NCBI GenBank assembly: GCA_964016885.1
Contig: OZ024744.1
Span: 18,352,001 to 18,416,000 of the forward strand
Direction: 5' to 3'
Source of the DNA: Eledone cirrhosa
Lineage: Eukaryota
DNA: 64,000 nucleotides
This document shows, one piece after another, positions 1 to 14,100 of the stretch. The position numbers and the translations under genes were made by a program. The notes beneath the pieces were generated by a model. That model did not search any database and was not told where the DNA came from. It saw only the letters and a list, made by a program, of their open reading frames with translations. Position 1 is the stretch's first letter, and each line of letters opens with the position of its first letter.

Positions 1-3000
1 ATGTCTGTGTCTCTGTGTATGTCACTGTATGTTTCTGTATGTCTGTTTCACTGTGTATGTCACTGTGTCTTTATGTATGTCTGTGTCACTCTGTATGTCA
101 CTGTATATTTCTGTATGTCTGTGTCACTGTGTATATCACTGTATGTTTCTGTATGTCTGTGTCACTGTGTATGTCACTGTGTGTTTCTGTATGGCTGTGT
201 CACTGTGTATGTCACTGTATCTTTCTGTATGTCTGTGTCACTGTGTATGTCACAGTGTGTTTGTGTATGTCTGTGTCACTGTCTATGTCACTGTATGTTT
301 CTGAATGTCTGTGTCACTGTGTATGTCACTGTGTGTTTGTGTATGTCTGTGTCACTGTATGTTTCTGTATGTCTGTGTCACTGTGTATGTCACTGTATGC
401 TTCTGTATGTCTGTGTCACTGTGTAAGTCATTGTATCTTTGTGTATGTCACTGTATGTTTCTGTATGTTTGTGTCACTGTGTATGTCACTGTGTGTTTCT
501 GTATGTCTGTGTCACTGTGTATGTCACTGTGTGTTTCTGTATGTTTGTGTCACTGTGTATGTCACTAAATGTTTGTGTGTGTCTGTGTCTCTGTGTATGT
601 CACTGTTTGTTTGCGTGTGTCTGTGTCACTGTGTATGTCACTGTGTGTTTCTGTATGTCTGTGTGACTGTCTATGTCACTGTGTGTTTCTGTATGTTTGT
701 GTCACTGTGTATGTCACTAAATGTTTGTGTGTGTCTGTGTCTCTGTGTATGTCACTGTTTGTTTGCGTGTGTCTGTGTCACTGTGTATGTCACTGTATGT
801 TTCTGTATGTCTGTGTCACTTTGTATGTCACTGTGTGTTTCTGTATGTATGTGTCACCGTGTATGTCACTGTATCTTTGTGTATGCCTGTGTCACTGTGT
901 ATGTCACTGTGTGTTTCTGTATGTCTGTGTCACTGTGTATGTCACTGTGCGTTTCTGTATGTCTGTGTGACTGTGTATGTCACTGTTTGTTTGTGTATGT
1001 CTGTGTCACTGTGTGTGTTTCTGTATGTCTGTGTCACTGTGTATGTCATTGCATCTTTGTGTATGTCTGTCTCACTGTGTATGTCACTGTGTGTTTCTGC
1101 ATGTCTGTGTCACTGTGTATGTCACTGTGTGTTTCTGTATGTCTGTGTCACTGTGTATGTCACTGTATGTTTCTGTATGTCTCTTTCAGTGTGTATATCA
1201 CTGTGTGTTTCTGTATGTCTGTGTCACTGTATATGTCGCTGTATCTTTGTGTATGCCTGTGTCACTGTCTATGTCACTGTATGTTTCTGTATGTCTGTTT
1301 CACTGTGTATGTCACTGTATATTTGTGTATGTCTGTGTCACTCTGTATGTCACTGTGAGTTTCTCTATGTCTGTGTCACTGTGTATGTCACTGTATGTCT
1401 CTGTATGTCTGTGTCACTGTCTATGTCACTGTATCTTTGTGTATGTCTGTGTCACTGTGTATGTCACTGTGTGTTTCTGTATGTCTGTGTCACTGTGTAT
1501 GTCACAGTTTGTTTCTGTATATATGTGTCTCTGTGTATGTCACTGTAGTTTTGTGTATGTCTGTGTCACTGTGTGTTTCTGTATGTCTGTGTCACTGTGT
1601 ATGTCACTGTTTGTTTCTGTATGTATGTGTCACTGTGTATGTCACCGTATGTGTGTGTATGTCTGTGTCACGGTGTATGTCACTGTATCTTAGTGTATGC
1701 CTGTGTCACTGTGTATGTCACTGTGAGTTTCTGTATGTCTGTGTCTCTGTGTATGTCACTGTATCTTTGTGCATGTATGTGTCACTGTGTATGTCACTGT
1801 ATGTTTCTGTATGTCTGTGTCACTGTGTATATCACTGTGTGTTTCTGTATATCTGTGTCTCTGTGTATGTCACTGTATCTTTGTGTATGTCTGGGTCACT
1901 GTGTATGTCACTGTATATTTGTGTATGTATGTGACACGGTGTATATCACTGTATGTTTGTGTATGTCTGTGTCACTGTGTATGTCACTGTGTGTTTCTGT
2001 ATGTCTGTGTCACTGTGTATATCAATGTGTGTTTCTGTATCTCTGTGTCACGGTGTATGTCACTGCATGTTTGTGTATGTCTGTGTGACTGTGTATGTCA
2101 CTGTGTGTTTCTGTATGGCTGTGTCACTGTGTATGTCACTGTATCTTTGTGTATGTCTGTGTCACTGTGTATGTCACAGTGTGTTTCTGTATGTCTGTGT
2201 CACTGTCTATGTCACTGTATGTTTCTGAATGTCTGTGTCACTGTGTATGTCACTGTGTGTTTCTGTATGTCTGTGTCACGGTGTATGTCACTGTATGTTT
2301 GTGTGTGACTGTGTCACTGTGTATGTCACTGTGTGTTTGTGTATGTATGTGTCACTGTAAGTTTCTGTATGTCTGTGTCACTGTGTATGTCACTGTGTGT
2401 TTCTGGATGTCTGTGTCACTGTGTATGTCATTGTATCTTTGTGTATGTCTGTGTCACTGTGTATGTCACTGTATGTTTCTGTAAGTTTGTGTCACTGTGT
2501 ATGTCACTGTGTGTTTCTGTATGTCTGTGTCTCTGTGTATGTCACTGTATGTTTCTGTATATCTGTTTCACTGTGTATGTCACTGTGTCTTTATGTATGT
2601 CTGTGTCACTCTGTATGTCACTGTATATTTCTGTATGTCTGTGTCACTGTGTATATCACTGTATGTTTCTGTATGTCTGTGTCACTGTGTATGTCACTGT
2701 GTGTTTCTGTATGGCTGTGTCACTGTGTATGTCACAGTGTGTTTCTGTATGTCTGTGTCACTGTCTATGTCACTGTATGTTTCTGAATGTCTGTGTCACT
2801 GTGTATGTCACTGTGTGTTTGTGTATGTCTGTGTCACTGTATGTTTCTGTATGTCTGTGTCACTGTGTATGTCACTGTGTGTTTCTGTATGTCTGTGTCA
2901 CTGTGTATGACATTGTATCTTTGTGTATGTCTGTGTCACTGTGTATGTCACTGTATGTTTCTGTATGTTTGTGTCTCAGTGTATGTCACTGTATGTTTCT

Positions 3001-5660
3001 GTATGTCTGTTTCACTGTGTATGACACTGTGTCTTTCTGTATGTATGTATCACTGTGTATGTCACTGTGTGTATCTGTATGTCGGTGTCACTGTGTAAGT
3101 CATTGTATCTTTGTGTATGTCTGTGGCACTCTGTATGTCGTTGTGTGTTTCTGTATGTATGTGTCTCTGTGTATGTCACTGTATATTTGTGTATGTATGT
3201 GTCACTGTGTATGTCACTGTGAGTTTCTCTATGTCTGTGTCACTGAGTATGTCACTGTATGTCTCTGTATGTCTGTGTCACTGTCTATGTCACTGTATCT
3301 TTGTGTATGTCTGTGTCACTGTGTATGTCACTGTGTGTTTATGTATGTCTGTGTCACTGTGTATGTCACAGTTTGTTTCTGTATGTCTGTGTCACTGTGT
3401 ATGTCACTGTTTGTTTCTGTATGTATGTGTCACTGTGTATGTCACCGTATGTGTGTGTATGTCTGTGTCACGGTGTATGTCACTGTATCTTAGTGTATGC
3501 CTGTGTCACTGTGTATGTCACTGTGAGTTTCTGTATGTCTGTGTCTCTGTGTATGTCACTGTATCTTTGTGCATGTATGTGTCACTGTGTATGTCACTGT
3601 ATGTTTCTGTATGTCTGTGTCACTGTGTATATCACTGTGTGTTTCTGTATATCTGTGTCTCTGTGTATGTCACTGTATCTTTGTGTATGTCTGGGTCACT
3701 GTGTATGTCACTGTATATTTGTGTATGTCTGTGTCACGGTGTATATCACTGTATGTTTGTGTATGTCTGTGTCACTGTGTATGTCACTGTGTGTTTCTGT
3801 ATGTCTGTGTCACTGTCTATATCAATGTGTGTTTCTGTATCTCTGTGTCACGGTGTATGTCACTGCATGTTTGTGTATGTCTGTGTGACTGTGCATGTCA
3901 CTGTGTGTTTCTGTATGGCTGTGTCACTGTGTATGTCACTGTATCTTTGTGTATGTCTGTGTCACTGTGTATGTCACAGTGTGTTTCTGTATGTCTGTGT
4001 CACTGTATATGTCACTGTATGTTTCTGAATGTCTGTGTCACTGTGTATGTCACTGTGTGTTTCTGTATGTCTGTGTCACGGTGTATGTCACTGTATGTTT
4101 GTGTGTGACTCTGTCACTGTGTGTTTGTGTATGTCTGTGTCACTGTAAGTTTCTGTATGTCTGTGTCACTGTGTATGTCACTGTGTGTTTCTGGATGTCT
4201 GTGTCACTGTGTATGTCATTGTATCTTTGTGTATGTCTGTGTCACTGTGTATGTCACTGTATGTTTCTGTAAGTTTGTGTCACTGTGTATGTCACTGTGT
4301 GTTTCTGTATGTCTGTGTCTCTGTGTATGTCACTGTATGTTTCTGTATGTCTGTTTCACTGTGTATGTCACTGTGTCTTTATGTATGTCTGTGTCACTCT
4401 GTATGTCACTGTATATTTCTGTATGTCTGTGTCACTGTGTATATCACTGTATGTTTCTGTATGTCTGTGTCACTGTGTATGTCACTGTGTGTTTCTGTAT
4501 GGCTGTGTCACTGTGTATGTCACTGTATCTTTCTGTATGTCTGTGTCACTGTGTATGTCACAGTGTGTTTGTGTATGTCTGTGTCACTGTCTATGTCACT
4601 GTATGTTTCTGAATGTCTGTGTCACTGTGTATGTCACTGTGTGTTTGTGTATGTCTGTGTCACTGTATGTTTCTGTATGTCTGTGTCACTGTGTATGTCA
4701 CTGTATGCTTCTGTATGTCTGTGTCACTGTGTAAGTCATTGTATCTTTGTGTATGTCACTGTATGTTTCTGTATGTTTGTGTCACTGTGTATGTCACTGT
4801 GTGTTTCTGTATGTCTGTGTCACTGTGTATGTCACTGTGTGTTTCTGTATGTTTGTGTCACTGTGTATGTCACTAAATGTTTGTGTGTGTCTGTGTCTCT
4901 GTGTATGTCACTGTTTGTTTGCGTGTGTCTGTGTCACTGTGTATGTCACTGTGTGTTTCTGTATGCCTGTGTGACTGTCTATGTCACTGTGTGTTTCTGT
5001 ATGTTTGTGTCACTGTGTATGTCACTAAATGTTTGTGTGTGTCTGTGTCTCTGTGTATGTCACTGTTTGTTTGCGTGTGTCTGTGTCACTGTGTATGTCA
5101 CTGTATGTTTCTGTATGTCTGTGTCACTTTGTATGTCACTGTGTGTTTCTGTATGTATGTGTCACCGTGTATGTCACTGTATCTTTGTGTATGCCTGTGT
5201 CACTGTGTATGTCACTGTGTGTTTCTGTATGTCTGTGTCACTGTGTATGTCACTGTGTGTTTCTGTATGTCTGTGTGACTGTGTATGTCACTGTTTGTTT
5301 GTGTATGTCTGTGTCACTGTGTGTGTTTCTGTATGTCTGTGTCACTGTGTATGTCATTGCATCTTTGTGTATGTCTGTCTCACTGTGTATGTCACTGTGT
5401 GTTTCTGCATGTCTGTGTCACTGTGTATGTCACTGTGTGTTTCTGTATGTCTGTGTCACTGTGTATGTCACTGTATGTTTCTGTATGTCTCTTTCACTGT
5501 GTATATCACTGTGTGTTTCTGTATGTCTGTGTCACTGTATATGTCACTGTATCTTTGTGTATGCCTGTGTCACTGTCTATGTCACTGTATGTTTCTGTAT
5601 GTCTGTTTCACTGTGTATGTCACTGTATATTTGTGTATGTCTGTGTCACTCTGTATGTCA
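1..5660 (+). repeat. Higher-order duplications with 4308-bp and 1800-bp offsets
   Basis: Identical or near-identical ORF-track translations at 305/4613, 439/4747, 569/4877 (offset 4308) and 1769/3569, 2095/3895 (offset 1800). Confidence 0.8.
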
Positions 5661-8134
5661 CTGTGTGTTTCTGTATGTCTGTGTCACTATGTATGCCACT
5701 GTGTATTTGTGTTGTCTGTGTCATTGTGTATGTCACTGGGTGTTTCTGTATGTCTGTGTCACTGTGTATGACACTGTGTCTTTCTGTATGTATGTATCAC
5801 TGTGTATGTCACTGTGTGTATCTGTATGTCGGTGTCACTGTGTAAGTCATTGTATCTTTGTGTATGTCTGTGGCACTCTGTATGTCGTTGTGTGTTTCTG
5901 TATGTATGTGTCTCTGTGTATGTCACTGTATATTTGTGTATGTATGTGTCACTGTGTATGTCATTGTGAGTTTCTCTATGTCTGTGTCACTGTGTATGTC
6001 ACTGTATGTCTCTGTATGTCTGTGTCACTGTCTATGTCACTGTATCTTTGTGTATGTCTGTGTCACTGTGTATGTCACTGTGTGTTTCTGTATGTCTGTG
6101 TCACTGTGTATGTCACAGTTTGTTTCTGTATATATGTGTCTCTGTGTATGTCACTGTAGTTTTGTGTATGTCTGTGTCACTGTGTGTTTCTGTATGTCTG
6201 TGTCACTGTGTATGTCACTGTTTGTTTCTGTATGTATGTGTCACTGTGTATGTCACCGTATGTGTGTGTATGTCTGTGTCACGGTGTATGTCACTGTATC
6301 TTAGTGTATGCCTGTGTCACTGTGTATGTCACTGTGAGTTTCTGTATGTCTGTGTCTCTGTGTATGTCACTGTATCTTTGTGCATGTATGTGTCACTGTG
6401 TATGTCACTGTATGTTTCTGTATGTCTGTGTCACTGTGTATATCACTGTGTGTTTCTGTATATCTGTGTCTCTGTGTATGTCACTGTATCTTTGTGTATG
6501 TCTGTGACACGGTGTATATCACTGTATGTTTGTGTATGTCTGTGTCACTGTGTATGTCACTGTGTGTTTCTGTATGTCTGTGTCACTGTGTATATCAATG
6601 TGTGTTTCTGTATCTCTGTGTCACGGTGTATGTCACTGTATATTTGTGTATGTCTGTGACACGGTGTATATCACTGTATGTTTGTGTATGTCTGTGTCAC
6701 TGTGTATGTCACTGTGTGTTTCTGTATGTCTGTGTCACTGTGTATATCAATGTGTGTTTCTGTATCTCTGTGTCACGGTGTATGTCACTGCATGTTTGTG
6801 TATGTCTGTGTGACTGTGTATGTCACTGTGTGTTTCTGTATGGCTGTGTCACTGTGTATGTCACTGTATCTTTGTGTATGTCTGTGTCACTGTGTATGTC
6901 ACAGTGTGTTTCTGTATGTCTGTGTCACTGTCTATGTCACTGTATGTTTCTGAATGTCTGTGTCACTGTGTATGTCACTGTGTGTTTCTGTATGTCTGTG
7001 TCACGGTGTATGTCACTGTATGTTTGTGTGTGACTGTGTCACTGTGTATGTCACTGTGTGTTTGTGTATGTCTGTGTCACTGTAAGTTTCTGTATGTCTG
7101 TGTCACTGTGTATGTCACTGTGTGTTTCTGGATGTCTGTGTCACTGTGTATGTCATTGTATCTTTGTGTATGTCTGTGTCACTGTGTATGTCACTGTATG
7201 TTTCTGTAAGTCTGTGTCACTGTGTATGTCACTGTGTGTTTCTGTATGTCTGTGTCTCTGTGTATGTCACTGTATGTTTCTGTATATCTGTTTCACTGTG
7301 TATGTCACTGTGTCTTTATGTATGTCTGTGTCACTCTGTATGTCACTGTATATTTCTGTATGTCTGTGTCACTGTGTATATCACTGTATGTTTCTGTATG
7401 TCTGTGTCACTGTGTATGTCACTGTGTGTTTCTGTATGGCTGTGTCACTGTGTATGTCACAGTGTGTTTCTGTATGTCTGTGTCACTGTCTATGTCACTG
7501 TATGTTTCTGAATGTATGTGTCACTGTGTATGTCACTGTGTGTTTGTGTATGTCTGTGTCACTGTATGTTTCTGTATGTCTGTGTCACTGTGTATGTCAT
7601 TGTATCTTTGTGTATGTCTGTGTCACTGTGTATGTCACTGTATGTTTCTGTAAGTTTGTGTCACTGTGTATGTCACTGTGTGTTTCTGTATGTCTGTGTC
7701 TCTGTGTATGTCACTGTATGTTTCTGTATGTCTGTTTCACTGTGTATGTCACTGTGTCTTTATGTATGTCTGTGTCACTCTCTATGTCACTGTATATTTC
7801 TGTATGTCTGAGTCACTGTGTATATCACTGTATGTTTCTGTATGTCTGTGTCACTGTGTATGTCACTGTGTGTTTCTGTATGGCTGTGTCACTGTGTATG
7901 TCACTGTATCTTTGTGTATGTCTGTGTCACTGTGTATGTCACAGTGTGTTTCTGTATGTCTGTGTCACTGTCTATGTCACTGTATGTTTCTGAATGTCTG
8001 TGTCAGTGTGTATGTCACTGTGTGTTTGTGTATGTCTGTGTCACTGTATGTTTCTGTATGTCTGTGTCACTGTGTATGTCTCTGTGTGTTTCTGTATGTC
8101 TGTGTCACTGTGTATGACATTCTATCTTTGTGTA

Positions 8135-11100
8135 TGTCTGTGTCACTGTGTATGTCACTGTATGTTTCTGTATGTTTGTGTCTCAGTGTATGTCACTGTA
8201 TGTTTCTGTATGTCTGTTTCACTGTGTATGTCACGGTGTCTTTATGTATGTCTGTGTCACTCTGTATGTCACTGTATATTTCTGTATGTCTGTGTCACTG
8301 TGTATGTCACTGTATGTTTCTGTATGTCTGTGTCACTGTGTATGTCACTGTATGCTTCTGTATGTCTGTGTCACTGTGTATGTCACTGTATCTTTGTGTA
8401 TGTCTGTGTCCCTGTGTATGTCACTGTATGTTTCTGTATGTTTGTGTCACTGTGTATGTCACTGTGTGTTTCTGTATGTCTGTGTCACTGTGTATGTCAC
8501 TGTGTGTTTCTGTATGTTTGTGTCACTATGTATGTCACTAAATGTTTGTGTGTGTCTGTGTCTCTGTGTATGTCACTGTTTGTTTGCGTGTGTCTGTGTC
8601 ACTGTGTATGTCACTGTGTGTTTCTGTATGTCTGTGTGACTGTCTATGTCACTGTGTGTTTCTGTATGTTTGTGTCACTGTGTATGTCACTAAATGTTTG
8701 TGTGTGTCTGTGTCTCTGTGTATGTCACTGTTTGTTTGCGTGTGTCTGTGTCACTGTGTATGTCACTGTATGTTTCTGTATGTCTGTGTCACTTTGTATG
8801 TCACTGTGTGTTTCTGTATGTATGTGTCACCGTGTATGTCACTGTATCTTTGTGTATGCCTGTGTCACTGTGTATGTCACTGTGTGTTTCTGTATGTTTG
8901 TGTCACTGTGTATGTCACTAAATGTTTGTGTGTGTCTGTGTCACTGTGTATGTCACTGTATGTTTCTGTATGTCTCTTTCACTGTGTATATCACTGTGTG
9001 TTTCTGTATGTCTGTGTCACTGTATATGTCACTGTATCTTTGTGTATGCCTGTGTCACTGTCTATGTCACTGTATGTTTCTGTATGTCTGTTTCACTGTG
9101 TATGTCACTGTATATTTGTGTATGTCTGTGTCACTCTGTATATCACTGTGTGTTTCTGTATGTCTGTGTCACTATGTATGCCACTGTGTATTTGTGTTGT
9201 CTGTGTCATTGTGTATGTCACTGGATGTTTCTGTATGTCTGTGTCACTGTGTATGACACTGTGTCTTTCTGTATGTATGTATCACTGTGTATGTCACTGT
9301 GTGTATCTGTATGTCGGTGTCACTGTGTAAGTCATTGTATCTTTGTGTATGTCTGTGGCACTCTGTATGTCGTTGTGTGTTTATGTATGTATGTGTCTCT
9401 GTGTATGTCACTGTATATTTGTGTATGTATGTGTCACTGTGTATGTCACTGTGAGTTTCTCTATGTCTGTGTCACTGTGTATGTCACTGTATGTCTCTGT
9501 ATGTCTGTGTCACTGTCTATGTCACTGTATCTTTGTGTATGTCTGTGTCACTGTGTATGTCACTGTGTGTTTCTGTATGTCTGTGTCACTGTGTATGTCA
9601 CAGTTTGTTTCTGTATATATGTGTCTCTGTGTATGTCACTGTAGTTTTGTGTATGTCTGTGTCACTGTGTGTTTCTGTATGTATGTGTCACTGTGTATGT
9701 CACTGTATGTTTCTGTATGTCTGTGTCACTGTGTATGTCACTGTTTGTTTCTGTATGTATGTGTCACTGTGTATGTCACCGTATGTGTGTGTATGTCTGT
9801 GTCACGGTGTATGTCACTGTATCTTAGTGTATGCCTGTGTCACTGTGTATGTCACTGTGAGTTTCTGTATGTCTGTGTCTCTGTGTATGTCACTGTATCT
9901 TTGTGCATGTATGTGTCACTGTGTATGTCACTGTATGTTTCTGTATGTCTGTGTCACTGTGTATATCACTGTGTGTTTCTGTATATCTGTGTCTCTGTGT
10001 ATGTCACTGTATCTTTGTGTATGTCTGGGTCACTGTGTATGTCACTGTATAGTTGTGTATGTCTGTGACACGGTGTATATCACTGTATGTTTGTGTATGT
10101 CTGTGTCACTGTGTATGTCACTGTGTGTTTCTGTATGTCTGTGTCACTGTGTATATCAATGTGTGTTTCTGTATCTCTGTGTCACGGTGTATGTCACTGC
10201 ATGTTTGTGTATGTCTGTGTGACTGTGTATGTCACTGTGTGTTTCTGTATGGCTGTGTAACTGTGTATGTCACTGTATCTTTGTGTATGTCTGTGTCACT
10301 GTGTATGTCACAGTGTGTTTCTGTATGTCTGTGTCACTGTCTATGTCACTGTATGTTTCTGAATGTCTGTGTCACTGTGTATGTCACTGTGTGTTTCTGT
10401 ATGTCTGTGTCACGGTGTATGTCACTGTATGTTTGTGTGTGACTGTGTCACTGTGTATGTCACTGTGTGTTTGTGTATGTCTGTGTCACTGTAAGTTTCT
10501 GTATGTCTGTGTCACTGTGTATGTCACTGTGTGTTTCTGGATGTCTGTGTCACTGTGTATGTCATTGTATCTTTGTGTATGTCTGTGTCACTGTGTATGT
10601 CACTGTATGTTTCTGTAAGTTTGTGTCACTGTGTATGTCACTGTGTGTTTCTGTATGGCTGTGTCACTGTGTATGTCACAGTGTGTTTCTGTATGTCTGT
10701 GTCACTGTCTATGTCACTGTATGTTTCTGAATGTCTGTGTCACTGTGTATGTCACTGTGTGTTTGTGTATGTCTGTGTCACTGTATGTTTCTGTATGTCT
10801 GTGTCACTGTGTATGTCATTGTATCTTTGTGTATGTCTGTGTCACTGTGTATGTCACTGTATGTTTCTGTAAGTTTGTGTCACTGTGTATGTCACTGTGT
10901 GTTTCTGTATGTCTGTGTCTCTGTGTATGTCACTGTATGTTTCTGTATGTCTGTTTCACTGTGTAAGTCACTGTGTCTTTATGTATGTCTGTGTCACTCT
11001 CTATGTCACTGTATATTTCTGTATGTCTGTGTCACTGTGTATATCACTGTATGTTTCTGTATGTCTGTGTCACTGTGTATGTCACTGTGTGTTTCTGTAT

Positions 11101-14100
11101 GGCTGTGTCACTGTGTATGTCACTGTATCTTTGTGTATGTCTGTGTCACTGTGTATGTCACAGTGTGTTTCTGTATGTCTGTGTCACTGTCTATGTCACT
11201 GTATGTTTCTGAATGTCTGTGTCAGTGTGTATGTCACTGTGTGTTTGTGTATGTCTGTGTCACTGTATGTTTCTGTATGTCTGTGTCACTGTGTATGTCA
11301 CTGTGTGTTTCTGTATGTCTGTGTCACTGTGTATGACATTGTATCTTTGTGTATGTCTGTGTCACTGTGTATGTCACTGTATGTTTCTGTATGTTTGTGT
11401 CACTGTGTATGTCACTGTGTGTTTCTGTATGTTTGTGTCTCAGTGTATGTCACTGTATGTTTCTGTATGTCTGTTTCACTGTGTATGTCACGGTGTCTTT
11501 ATGTATGTCTGTGTCACTCTGTATGTCACTGTATATTTCTGTATGTCTGTGTCACTGTGTATGTCACTGTATGTTTCTGTATGTCTGTGTCACTGTGTAT
11601 GTCACTGTATGCTTCTGTATGTCTGTGTCACTGTGTATGTCACTGTATCTTTGTGTATGTCTGTGTCCCTGTGTATGTCACTGTATGTTTCTGTATGTTT
11701 GTGTCACTGTGTATGTCACTGTGTGTTTCTGTATGTCTGTGTCACTGTGTATGTCACTGTGTGTTTCTGTATGTTTGTGTCACTGTGTATGTCACTAAAT
11801 GTTTGTGTGTGTCTGTGTCTCTGTGTATGTCACTGTTTGTTTGCGTGTGTCTGTGTCACTGTGTATGTCACTGTGTGTTTCTGTATGTCTGTGTGACTGT
11901 CTATGTCACTGTGTGTTTCTGTATGTTTGTGTCACTGTGTATGTCACTAAATGTTTGTGTGTGTCTGTGTCTCTGTGTATGTCACTGTTTGTTTGCGTGT
12001 GTCTGTGTCACTGTGTATGTCACTGTATTTTTCTGTATGTCTGTGTCACTTTGTATGTCACTGTGTGTTTCTGTATGTATGTGTCACCGTGTATGTCACT
12101 GTATCTTTGTGTATGCCTGTGTCACTGTGTATGTCACTGTGTGTTTCTGTATGTTTGTGTCACTGTGTATGTCACTAAATGTTTGTGTGTGTCTGTGTCA
12201 CTGTGTATGTCACTGTTTGTTTGTGTATGTCTGTGTCACTGTGTGTGTTTCTGTATGTCTGTGTCACTGTGTATGTCACTGTATGTTTCTGTAAGTTTGT
12301 GTCACTGTGTATGTCACTGTGTGTTTCTGTATGTCTGTGTCTCTGTGTATGTCACTGTATGTTTCTGTATGTCTGTTTCACTTTGTATGTCACTGTGTCT
12401 TTATGTATGTCTGTGTCACTCTGTATGTCACTGTATATTTCTGTATGTCTGTGTCACTGTGTATGTCACTGTATGTTTCTGTATGTTTGTGTCAGTGTAT
12501 GTCACTGTATGTTTCTGTATGTCTGTTTCACTGTGTATGTCACTGTGTCTTTATGTATGTCTGTGTCACTCTGTATGTCACTGTATATTTCTGTATGTCT
12601 GTGTCACTGTGTATGTCACTGTATGTTTCTGTATGTCTGTGTCACTGTGTACGTCACTGTGTGTTTCTGTATGTCTGTGTCACTGTATATGTCACTGTAT
12701 CTTTGTGTATGCCTATGTCACTGTTTATGTCACTGTATGTTTCTGTATGTCTGTTTCACTGTGTATGTCACTATATATTTGTGTATGTCTGTGTCACTCT
12801 GTATGTCACTGTGTGTTTCTGTATGTCTGTGTCACTATGTATGCCACTGTATGTTTGTGTTATCTGTGTCATTGTGTATGTCACTGGGTGTTTCTGTATG
12901 CCTGTGTCACTGTATGACACTGTGTGTTTCTGTATGTATGTATCACTGTGTATGTCACTGTGTGTTTCTGTATGTCTGTGTCACTATGTAAGTCATTGTA
13001 TCTTTGTGTATGTCTGTGTCACTCTGTATGTCGTTGTGTGTTTCTGTATGTATGTGTCTCTGTGTGTGTCACTGTATATTTGTGTATGTATGTGTCACTG
13101 TGTATGTCACTGTGAGTTTATGTATGTCTGTGTCACTGTGTATGTCACTGTATGTCTATGTATATCTGTGTCACTGTCTATGTCACTGTATCTTTGTGTA
13201 TGTCTGTATCACTGTGTATGTCACTGTGTGTTTATGTATGTCTGTGTCTCTGTGTATGTCACTGTATCTTTGCGTATGTCTGCGTCACTGTGTATGTCAC
13301 TGTGTGTTTCTGTATGTCTGTGTCACTGTGTATGTCACTGTATCTTTGTGTATGTCTATGCCACTGTGTATGTCACTGTATGTTTCTGTATGTATGTTTC
13401 ACTGTGTATGTCACTAAATGTTTGTGTGTGTCTGTGTCTCTGTGTATGTCACTGTGTGTTTGCGTGTGTCTGTGTCACTGTGTATGTCACTGTATGTTTC
13501 TGTATGTTTGTGTCTCAGTGTATGTCACTGTATGTTTCTGTATGTCTGTTTCACTGTGTATGTCACGGTGTCTTTATGTATGTCTGTGTCACTCTGTATG
13601 TCACTGTATATTTCTGTATGTCTGTGTCACTGTGTATGTCACTGTATGTTTCTGTATGTCTGTGTCACTGTGTATGTCACTGTATGCTTCTGTATGTCTG
13701 TGTCACTGTGTATGTCACTGTATCTTTGTGTATGTCTGTGTCCCTGTGTATGTCACTGTATGTTTCTGTATGTTTGTGTCACTGTGTATGTCACTGTGTG
13801 TTTCTGTATGTCTGTGTCACTGTGTATGTCACTGTGTGTTTCTGTATGTTTGTGTCACTATGTATGTCACTAAATGTTTGTGTGTGTCTGTGTCTCTGTG
13901 TATGTCACTGTTTGTTTGCGTGTGTCTGTGTCACTGTGTATGTCACTGTGTGTTTCTGTATGTCTGTGTGACTGTCTATGTCACTGTGTGTTTCTGTATG
14001 TTTGTGTCACTGTGTATGTCACTAAATGTTTGTGTGTGTCTGTGTCTCTGTGTATGTCACTGTTTGTTTGCGTGTGTCTGTGTCACTGTGTATGTCACTG

